IMG/VR virus record: IMGVR_UViG_3300042308_001371
Span: 1 to 64,000 of that record
Origin: a virus
Strand: one strand, 5' to 3'
Length of the DNA stretch: 64,000 nt
The translations under genes and the position numbers were made by a program. This document shows, piece by piece, positions 56,723-64,000 of the stretch. The notes beneath the pieces are model-generated. The model made no database searches. It was given only the letters and a program-made list of their open reading frames with translations, and was not told the DNA's origin. Numbering within the stretch: the stretch's first letter is position 1; every line of letters starts with the position of its first letter.

Positions 56723-56917
56723 TTATTTTTCATCTTCCACCTCTTCTTCTTTTATTATAGTCAACTCATCACCAAAGTCAATAGGATAGCCACACGCCAT
56801 TAGAAAGCACTTGAAGTCTTCCAGAATCTCGGAAGTAGTCAGAGCATGGGATTCAAATGAAATGGCAGAGGAGTCGAATTGATTGGACTCATCACGAACC
56901 TTTTTAAAGACTAACAT
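56723..56917 (-). CDS. Hypothetical protein
   Basis: ILEDFKCFLMACGY motif. Confidence 0.7.
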   Translation of the reverse strand: MLVFKKVRDESNQFDSSAISFESHALTTSEILEDFKCFLMACGYPIDFGDELTIIKEEEVEDEK

Positions 56918-57346
56918 TAGTGACCTTCCATTTTATGTCTAAGTTTTTATCATACACAAGAACATACCTGTGCTTAACACTCCTACCCCTCCACTCTCCC
57001 TCTATTCCTTTAACCTTACCTCTACTATGCTTAATAAATGTTCCATCTGACTGCTTTATGAAGAAATCCTTCTTAGCCTCAGTTAGTCCATAGTACTTGA
57101 AGTTACAAGCTTTGTAAACAGTGCCAGAGTGGAATGTAGAATCTGCGTATGATAAAATAGCTCTTACAGATTTTTCCTTCCTTAAAAGTCTAATAGATCG
57201 AGACACAAACCAAGAAGCTAAATTATGTTCTTGTTAAAGCCACTTTTAAATCCCTTAGAGATGTCTTTTAAATAATGGAACTTTAATAGAATGTCAGCAG
57301 CTTGTTGCTTGGATACTAAGCCTAACTTAAAGGATTCCTTACTCAT
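56904..57346 (-). pseudogene. Disrupted Mom-like (GNAT-fold) DNA modification gene
   Basis: 5' part 57346-57218 (MSKESF...KFHYLKDISKGFKSGFN, then stop) and 3' part in another frame (EHNLASWFVSRSI...ILSYADSTFHSGTVYKACNFKYYG). Confidence 0.7.
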
Positions 57347-59625
57347 TAATGCCCCTCTCGAAGATTATACGCGAATTGTGGAATTGCTACAAGAGGTACT
57401 GAAATTTTATTAGTCTGCTCCATACATCTCTGAACAATCTCAGCCACTTCGTCCTTCTGACTTTCATTTGCTGATATTATAGCCTGATCATGTACGCTAA
57501 GGCTAACCCAAGCATCTAAACCCCTCAGCAAGAATTCTCTACTCATGGCAATACACGCTCGGCTAATGATAGAAGTAGCAGCTGCTTGAATTGGAAAGTT
57601 CAAAGCATTATTTAGTAAGTTGTTGTACTTACTTCGCATAATCTTAACCTCATCCATTGAAATTCGCTCTTTATAAGCAATTCTCCCCATTGCCTTGTAG
57701 TCTAACAAGCTATCCTTATACTTCTTATACATATCTCTTACTTCTGGCAAGTGTCTAACCCTGCCATATTTAGAGGTAACTTTTCCAGTTGTTTTAGCTT
57801 CATGCAAATAACCATCCATTGCTTGTTTCAATAGAGGAAATGCTTTAAAATAGTTGTCAATCAAATCCTGAGCCTCTTCTTTTGAAATACCTAATAACTG
57901 GGAAATCTTTCCAGCCTTTGCACCGTATCTAATTCCTAAAGAATAGCCTTTAGCGTCTTGTCTTAATTTTGGATGAGTATTTTTTAAAAAGTTAGGTGCT
58001 TTCTTATCAGCAGAAAATCCTTCCAAACCATGTGCCATTATAGCCACCTTAGAGTAGAAGTCTTCCCCATTAATGAAAATATCCCTAAGGGGCTGATCTC
58101 CTGCATCATCAGCAAACACAGATGGTTCCAAACTAGAGTAATCGTCGTCGATAAAAACATAACCAGACTTTGGAACTATTAACTCTCTTAAAACATTAGT
58201 ATAATAAATAATCCTTGCATCATCTTCTCCATCTTCTAATGGTCTACTTAATTGCTGCAAATCTCCACCGTATCTTCCAGAAGTAGTAGCGTGTTGCTTG
58301 AAAGTAGGATAGTAAATTCCATCCTCTTGCATTTCCATGAATCTGTCAAAATAGCTGCTTTTGATCTTATTCATCTTGTTGAATACTCGCAGCTCTAAAG
58401 CCCAAGCAAATCCATAAGTTTCTGCCAAGTGTTCAACGAAGTCTTCATTGAACTGACCCTTCCCACCCTTTGTTTTTGATAGCGGAGCAATCCCCATTCT
58501 CTCAAACACGATCTTGCCGAGCTGATCTTTTGATGCAAGGTTAATGGGATACTGCTGATCTTGGAGCAATAGCCCCATCTGCGCACCCCTCCAGTCGAAA
58601 TTGGGAAGTATAGTTCCATTTGCAAGAAAATCGTAGTGCTCTGGGTGTGTGTCTTTTAAAACCTCAATGCTCTTTTTTGTAAGTTGGAACTTACCACTTT
58701 TTAGTACTGGTAGGAATCTTCCCAAACCACAAAGCTCACAAAAGTATTGCTTCAGCTTGCCACCTGATAATGGGTATTCTTCGTTCAGCAAATCGTCCAC
58801 AAACTCTTTTGCCTCAGGAGTCGCCATAATAGCCTCAACTACGGCTTTCTCTGTCCTCGCTAATTCTAGCTTGATTTCCCCAAGGTACTTCTCAAGCTTC
58901 GGCATATCAAGGTAAACTCCGCGGTGCTCCATTTTTATTGTCACTAGCTTATAAAGCGGCATAACTTCGTCAACATAGAATAAGTCAGATAAGCCTTGCA
59001 ATTTCATTTCTGAGTGAAAGTAGTGAAATAGTCGCAAAGTTATGTCAGTGTCAGCAATTGCGTACTTAGCCAAGATTGGCAAGTCGCCTTTGAACATTTG
59101 CTTATTCTCTCTTGTCCAACTCCCACCATTGGCTTTGACATTAAGCTCAAGCTCAATCTGCTCCTGATTGGCTGCGTCCTGATTGTCAAGACCTATTTCA
59201 GCAGCATAAATGAGCGCATTCTCTTTCAGAGCAAACGGACCCTCCTCCGCTAGTGTGTGCTTCATAAGCTGAGTGTCAGCGTAGAGAGCTGAGATTAAAT
59301 TGACCTTAAAGAAGTTAGCAGTGACTCGCACATCAAAACTGGCATTGTGCATAATCAGACGTTTTTGCGACAGCAATTCTAAGAATTTAGTAGCAACAGA
59401 CATTGCCCACTTCTGTTCATCAAGTTGCTGAGTTACTTTGTTCCAAACGAATGTGGGCAAGTACCAACCAGTACCCACAATGCACGAGAATGAGAATCCT
59501 ATGATTTTTACCTTGCGAACATTCAATCCAGTGGTTTCAGTGTCATAAGCCACTACGTCAGCATTTTCTAGCTCACTCAACGCAGTCTGAGAATTCATGA
59601 GATTTATAATTTGGTAGGATTTCAT
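57346..59625 (-). CDS. polA: Family A DNA polymerase with 3'-5' exonuclease
   Basis: YDTETTG, HNASFD, YAIADT; DYSSLE (motif A), RQDAKGYSLGIRYG (motif B), NFPIQ, VHD (motif C). Confidence 0.95.
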   Translation of the reverse strand: MKSYQIINLMNSQTALSELENADVVAYDTETTGLNVRKVKIIGFSFSCIVGTGWYLPTFVWNKVTQQLDEQKWAMSVATKFLELLSQKRLIMHNASFDVRVTANFFKVNLISALYADTQLMKHTLAEEGPFALKENALIYAAEIGLDNQDAANQEQIELELNVKANGGSWTRENKQMFKGDLPILAKYAIADTDITLRLFHYFHSEMKLQGLSDLFYVDEVMPLYKLVTIKMEHRGVYLDMPKLEKYLGEIKLELARTEKAVVEAIMATPEAKEFVDDLLNEEYPLSGGKLKQYFCELCGLGRFLPVLKSGKFQLTKKSIEVLKDTHPEHYDFLANGTILPNFDWRGAQMGLLLQDQQYPINLASKDQLGKIVFERMGIAPLSKTKGGKGQFNEDFVEHLAETYGFAWALELRVFNKMNKIKSSYFDRFMEMQEDGIYYPTFKQHATTSGRYGGDLQQLSRPLEDGEDDARIIYYTNVLRELIVPKSGYVFIDDDYSSLEPSVFADDAGDQPLRDIFINGEDFYSKVAIMAHGLEGFSADKKAPNFLKNTHPKLRQDAKGYSLGIRYGAKAGKISQLLGISKEEAQDLIDNYFKAFPLLKQAMDGYLHEAKTTGKVTSKYGRVRHLPEVRDMYKKYKDSLLDYKAMGRIAYKERISMDEVKIMRSKYNNLLNNALNFPIQAAATSIISRACIAMSREFLLRGLDAWVSLSVHDQAIISANESQKDEVAEIVQRCMEQTNKISVPLVAIPQFAYNLREGH

Positions 59626-59633
59626 AGATTCCT

Positions 59634-59831
59634 TTAGAGTAGTTCTTTTAATAAATTAGAGGCAGGGGAATACTTCTTCTTAAACTGAGCAGAGTTTACA
59701 GTCCACATGCCCTTAGATCCATCCTTTATATTACAAAACTCATAGGTAACATCGTCGTAGATTATAATGAGTATTATAGCAGAATACGTGAAGTCCTTAC
59801 GGATGTAACACTTTCCCTCTTCTAATTTCAT
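59634..59831 (-). CDS. Small hypothetical protein, C-terminal tag family (SNLLKELL)
   Basis: MKLEEGKCY start. Confidence 0.75.
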   Translation of the reverse strand: MKLEEGKCYIRKDFTYSAIILIIIYDDVTYEFCNIKDGSKGMWTVNSAQFKKKYSPASNLLKELL

Positions 59832-60046
59832 AATAACTCCATCATTAGCGAGCTATGGTATTTCCCGTCTACCCAATATTTTATACCATCTATGTTTATT
59901 AAGTATACAAAACGTAATCCAAACGGATCTATTGCTTCAATTGGGTGAATCGTTCCGATTATATTAGCAGCTTTAGTTGGGCATAGGGTTAGTATGTTAG
60001 TAACTACTATTATATCATTTATATTTAAATTCTTTATACTTCCCAT
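59828..60046 (-). CDS. Small hypothetical protein, C-terminal tag family (SSLMMELL)
   Basis: 72 aa. Confidence 0.75.
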   Translation of the reverse strand: MGSIKNLNINDIIVVTNILTLCPTKAANIIGTIHPIEAIDPFGLRFVYLINIDGIKYWVDGKYHSSLMMELL

Positions 60047-60285
60047 CCAAAATCCCCATAAGCTAATAAATAAATGGATTCGGCTTTAAGTCTTTCAAGT
60101 TTGCTTATTTTACCAGTTTTAAAATAATTAACTATTATATCCTCTATGTCATCCATATTATGAAATCCTGCTAGAATATTATTACACTCATCTAGCAAAG
60201 CGTCATCACTTAAGCTATCTAATTCCATATAAAGAGTATCACTCTCAAAACATATATCATTATAGTCTACTAGAGTTTGTTTCAT
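60034..60285 (-). CDS. Hypothetical acidic protein
   Basis: 83 aa; ATGA overlap. Confidence 0.7.
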   Translation of the reverse strand: MKQTLVDYNDICFESDTLYMELDSLSDDALLDECNNILAGFHNMDDIEDIIVNYFKTGKISKLERLKAESIYLLAYGDFGWEV

Positions 60286-60509
60286 AATAATTGTCTCTCC
60301 AATGATGAAAGTGGAAGAATAAACACATCATCTGTAAAATGTGTATATAAAATTCCCATTACGTTATCATAGTATCGTATTCTTACTTTAAAGTCATCTA
60401 CTTCTTCTAATACAATAAACCAAAATGTGCTATCACTAGTATCTTCATTTAAAGAATACCGTTCATTAATTATCAAATTATTTGTTTTTGTCTTTTGCAA
60501 TAGTACCAT
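60282..60509 (-). CDS. Small hypothetical protein, C-terminal tag family (LSSLERQLL)
   Basis: 75 aa. Confidence 0.75.
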   Translation of the reverse strand: MVLLQKTKTNNLIINERYSLNEDTSDSTFWFIVLEEVDDFKVRIRYYDNVMGILYTHFTDDVFILPLSSLERQLL

Positions 60510-61332
60510 CTTTTATAGATCTTTTAATTTGATACATATCTTTTTTATCTAAATCTTGAGGAGAAATTTTAGACATAACCTCCTCTATTATTGTAGCATC
60601 AACACCAGAAAGGGCAAGTGAAAAGACGCATGCATTTAATGAATTAATCCACAATCCCGATAATCCAGTATGTGCATTGGTCAAGAAGAATTCAACCGCT
60701 TCAGGTATAGTATCCCTTTCCTTGCCATATAATAATTTAACTATTTCGGAAAGCTCCTCGGGTACAATGACTTGTGCTTCATTTAAATTGTACTTAGCTT
60801 CTATAACCTCTTTAGCTTTTTTAGGAATTAGAAACTCACCATCCTGCCAAAATCCATCATCTATCTTAGAAGGGCAGTAGTACCTAGCAGTATCGGAACA
60901 CTGCCTGTCAAGTTCTGGGAATTTTTCAGATAGCCAGTTCCAAGTCTCATCAAAATCCTTTGAATTTAAAATAGTCTTAGCTAATGGAAATACTAGCCTA
61001 AACTTATGTAACTCATTAGTATGACTAGGACTTGGCAGACATAGGCAGGATAATCCAATTTGCTGTATTCTATGCTCAGCTTGTGGAATAGTTAAACCAC
61101 TGTCTACATCTAAAGTCATAAAATCAGTAGATATAAAATGCTCATCAAGCCTAGTTCCAGAAAATATACTGGGACTCCAAGCATAGGATGATATATAAGA
61201 TATTAGATCTTCTTCATTTATAATATCAACTACTTTAGGCAAATTAGGAGTAGAGGCAAGGAATGCTTGCTGTATTTTATCTTGTTTATTCTTAGGTAAG
61301 AAATTAGCTAAGGGATATATTGATAGTCTCAT
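60478..61332 (-). CDS. Primase-polymerase (AEP-like)
   Basis: LDVD, SPSH...KFRLVFPL, D..C.D.AR motifs; adjacent to helicase. Confidence 0.75.
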   Translation of the reverse strand: MRLSIYPLANFLPKNKQDKIQQAFLASTPNLPKVVDIINEEDLISYISSYAWSPSIFSGTRLDEHFISTDFMTLDVDSGLTIPQAEHRIQQIGLSCLCLPSPSHTNELHKFRLVFPLAKTILNSKDFDETWNWLSEKFPELDRQCSDTARYYCPSKIDDGFWQDGEFLIPKKAKEVIEAKYNLNEAQVIVPEELSEIVKLLYGKERDTIPEAVEFFLTNAHTGLSGLWINSLNACVFSLALSGVDATIIEEVMSKISPQDLDKKDMYQIKRSIKDGTIAKDKNK

Positions 61333-61517
61333 AATAATTGTATTTCCAATGATGATAGTTTTACTAATCCCATTTCAAAATTAGACTTATAATACCACGA
61401 AGTTTCTCTAAAGATAGATGAATTATATTTTATTACAACAAAAACTAATTGATCAGTAACTTCAGTTATTTCAAATATAGCCCAATAATCATTTCTGTAT
61501 ATATCCCCTTTTTTCAC
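61329..61517 (-). CDS. Small hypothetical protein, C-terminal tag family (LSSLEIQLL)
   Basis: MKKGDIY start; wedged between helicase and primase. Confidence 0.75.
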   Translation of the reverse strand: MKKGDIYRNDYWAIFEITEVTDQLVFVVIKYNSSIFRETSWYYKSNFEMGLVKLSSLEIQLL

Positions 61518-62521
61518 AGATCTCCGCTATCTCCGCTAAACTTCTCTACAATAGTAACTACTTTACCACTAGGACTTACTACTTCTTTAATTAAGTCATA
61601 AGTGAAACTCTTATGCTTCTCTTCTGCAGACTTCATTGCTAGAAGTTCATTATAGTATAACTTAAAGGTAGAGTACTCATTAATAGACATTTTCTTAAAC
61701 CCTCTAGTCTCCACATCATAAGCCAGTAGCTTATTTTGACCACGCTTAATCTTATCCTCTTTGTGAGCTTCTCTAATCTTGCAATACCCCCATCCCATTA
61801 CGCTTATCTTAGCCTCTTCTTCAAGTCTTAAAACTGGGCGATGAATCTGCATAATATCAGAGCAAATGTACTTAAACTGACTACAGCCCAATACTGCATC
61901 TGCATCAAGAGGAACCTCTCCCTTCTGACCAGCACCTTTATTTACTTGAGCCATAGGGACTCCAAAAGCATTTAATTCTACAGCCATTTCTTTTAATGTA
62001 ATCATAATAGAATTAAGAGTAGACGGATCGTTCTCGCCTAGACAATGAATATGGTCAATTGCAAAAGCTGCAACATCTCCAATGACTTCACGATACTTAA
62101 CAAGTTCTTTCTTAATCCATCCCATGCTAACCTCACGAGATTTTCCAGTCTCATCATATCTGGAGATTACGTATAATCTTTCAGATACCTCTGGACAATC
62201 CTCAGTAAGCTTAAACCATCGTTGAGAGATCTTTTCGTCGGTCATTTCAAGTGAAACGTATACGGCACAAGAATTTGGATTGTTCTTCAGAATCTCTTTA
62301 AAAAAATATAATACTACCTCAGACTTACCTACTCCAGAATCTCCAATTACTCCAAGTAACTCTTGTCTACTCCATTGATTTATCAAGCAATCAAATTCTT
62401 TAGGTCCGTTAATAAAAAGCTTTGTATTTAATCCACCGGAAACCTTACCAGATCTTTTTAGATCTGCTAAACTCCTTACTCCCATTTGTTGCTTTCTTTT
62501 ATCATTAAAACTAGTCATCAT
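61514..62521 (-). CDS. DnaB-like SF4 helicase
   Basis: GDSGVGKS, YVSLEM, AIDHI, AQVN, KIRE. Confidence 0.88.
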   Translation of the reverse strand: MMTSFNDKRKQQMGVRSLADLKRSGKVSGGLNTKLFINGPKEFDCLINQWSRQELLGVIGDSGVGKSEVVLYFFKEILKNNPNSCAVYVSLEMTDEKISQRWFKLTEDCPEVSERLYVISRYDETGKSREVSMGWIKKELVKYREVIGDVAAFAIDHIHCLGENDPSTLNSIMITLKEMAVELNAFGVPMAQVNKGAGQKGEVPLDADAVLGCSQFKYICSDIMQIHRPVLRLEEEAKISVMGWGYCKIREAHKEDKIKRGQNKLLAYDVETRGFKKMSINEYSTFKLYYNELLAMKSAEEKHKSFTYDLIKEVVSPSGKVVTIVEKFSGDSGDL

Positions 62522-62540
62522 GTAATCTCCTTATTTTTCA

Positions 62541-62765
62541 CTACTCTATAATATCAACTATTCCATAAAATACCTTAACACTCTCAATTCTCCTTGTCAA
62601 TTCCGTATTAGAAGGATCTTTCTCTCTACAAAACCAATAAGCAGCTACAACAGGGCATAAGTTACATGCACAATATAAAGATATAGAATCAATACCTTTC
62701 TCTTCATACGTATCATGTACTAGTTTTTCATGTGCGTTTCTAAATTCACCAATTTTAAATATCAT
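62541..62765 (-). CDS. Hypothetical protein
   Basis: 74 aa. Confidence 0.65.
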   Translation of the reverse strand: MIFKIGEFRNAHEKLVHDTYEEKGIDSISLYCACNLCPVVAAYWFCREKDPSNTELTRRIESVKVFYGIVDIIE

Positions 62766-62773
62766 TTATTCCT

Positions 62774-62800
62774 AAAAAAAGGAGCCTTTCGGCTCCTTTA
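62774..62800 (-). terminator. Rho-independent terminator
   Basis: On - strand AAAGGAGCC-GAAA-GGCTCC-TTTTTTT. Confidence 0.88.
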
Positions 62801-63139
62801 TTATTTCTCTAAATCAGCTACAATTTCCATTTGCACAAATTCCAACCTACCACCTGATCCATAATCTGCTACCTTTTTTTCAAATTCTTTTTTATCAATA
62901 ACACCTTTATCAAGAAGTCTTGCAAATTTAGTATCAGGACGAGATACGTATAGTGTTTTACCACTCATATTAACCCCATTGATAACAACTTCTGTATTCT
63001 TATCTAGCTTAAGAGCGTATAGTTTACGACCCTTATCATCAGTCTTATATTCGCCTTCTAGTCGATTGCCTTCATCATCAAACTGAGATTGGAAGATCAA
63101 ACTTCCTACTGTAGCGTACTTACCCTTCTGTTTCGACAT
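62801..63139 (-). CDS. Hypothetical protein, possibly ssDNA-binding
   Basis: AGGAG RBS, own terminator, near ERF; function is positional inference. Confidence 0.5.
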   Translation of the reverse strand: MSKQKGKYATVGSLIFQSQFDDEGNRLEGEYKTDDKGRKLYALKLDKNTEVVINGVNMSGKTLYVSRPDTKFARLLDKGVIDKKEFEKKVADYGSGGRLEFVQMEIVADLEK

Positions 63140-63482
63140 TTTGCACTCCTTGTGTTAAGCCCTCGGCTTCATTAGTCTTTTGATTTTGAGCAAATCCATT
63201 TAAAATACCTTCAATAGCTGCTTCTGTACCCAACGCTACTAAGCTATCACAAATTCTCTTCCAAGTCGATAGAGCAATTCTAAGTTCAGGTTCTGACTCC
63301 TCAAATTGAGAATCAATTAGGGGATATGTAGCCATAGCTTCCATAAGCCTATCTTTTTGACCATGTTTTAGAATTGATCTAGCATTTTTAAATTCTTCTT
63401 GATCTCCAAGAAGACCTCTAACTAAAGTTTCAGTTACCTCTGTTTTAGAAATAACTCTTGGCGTGTTCGGTGAATTTTCCAC
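63120..63482 (-). CDS. Hypothetical protein
   Basis: 120 aa. Confidence 0.65.
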   Translation of the reverse strand: MENSPNTPRVISKTEVTETLVRGLLGDQEEFKNARSILKHGQKDRLMEAMATYPLIDSQFEESEPELRIALSTWKRICDSLVALGTEAAIEGILNGFAQNQKTNEAEGLTQGVQNVETEG

Positions 63483-64000
63483 TATAGATCTCCTGATGGG
63501 ATTGATGAAGTAGTTGCTTTAGTAGCATTCTTTCTAAAAGAACCCCGACTAGCAGCAGGAGTAGAGTCTACTACTACTTCCTCTAATTTGTCAAAATTTG
63601 TAGTTTGTAAAGTTGCTACTACTTGTGTTTTAGAATTTCCACGACCAACGGCTTGCTCCCCATCGTCATCATCGGCACCAATATTAGCTAGAGATTGTAA
63701 GCCATAACGACGAGCATAGGAAATTCCCGATCCTTGTTGTTGGGCATCATTCAATTTATTTACAATAATCTCTGTGAGACTTGAAATAAACTCACCAGAT
63801 TCATGCAGAAGAATAGTTTCTACAAACGACTTTCCATCAATATGAACAGTTGGCTGTAGAACAGAGATACCATTGGCATTCATAACAGGAAGCACCGCTT
63901 CACGTACAGCATTAAGATCTGCGTAACGACTTTTAAAGAATGGATTTTTAGCATCTTTAATAGCATTTCCCATAGTAGATTGAGCCTTAACTAGAGCAGA
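63482..64000 (-). CDS. erf: ERF family ssDNA-annealing protein (5' end beyond window)
   Basis: NPFFKSRYADL, LLHESGE, QQQGSGISYARRY, DDDG; frame open to window edge. Confidence 0.92.
   Translation of the reverse strand, partial: SALVKAQSTMGNAIKDAKNPFFKSRYADLNAVREAVLPVMNANGISVLQPTVHIDGKSFVETILLHESGEFISSLTEIIVNKLNDAQQQGSGISYARRYGLQSLANIGADDDDGEQAVGRGNSKTQVVATLQTTNFDKLEEVVVDSTPAASRGSFRKNATKATTSSIPSGDL

Noticed and set aside
45186-60880. Short + strand ORFs in the right arm (e.g. 50058..50390, 54210..54554)
   Set aside because: Antisense shadows of a tightly packed - strand operon.
1-64000. Stop-codon recoding, tRNA or tmRNA genes
   Set aside because: Long genes are intact under code 11 with all three stops used; no tRNA or tmRNA signature recognised by eye.

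Overview
AT-rich tailed dsDNA bacteriophage genome segment with podovirus-like gene content. No integrase, tRNA, rRNA, CRISPR array or reverse transcriptase was seen. The + strand (~3.0-44.9 kb) is the late/virion module: terminase, portal, HNH, scaffold, major capsid, several large fibre/spike proteins, adaptor, nozzle, ejection-type proteins and a holin-like gene. The - strand (0.2-2.9 kb and 45-64 kb) carries replication and host-takeover genes (ERF, SF4 helicase, prim-pol, family A DNA polymerase, RNase H-fold exonuclease, M15 peptidase, ClpX-like, ClpP-like, a broken Mom-like gene) and many small ORFs. Main observations: (1) at least 16 otherwise dissimilar small - strand proteins end in the same 8-residue C-terminal tag, [S/T]-x-L-x-x-[E/Q]-L-x-stop, conserved as protein rather than DNA; (2) the ClpX-like ATPase lacks both the Zn-binding domain and the IGF ClpP-docking loop and has a GYQG pore loop, while the ClpP-like protein has a signal peptide; (3) there is a tandem array of sigma-54 consensus sites at the left edge; (4) a CACCCTTATA motif precedes eight late genes, often with an upstream IHF-like box; (5) three intergenic regions are candidate ncRNAs. 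All calls come from motif reading by eye; no searches were run.
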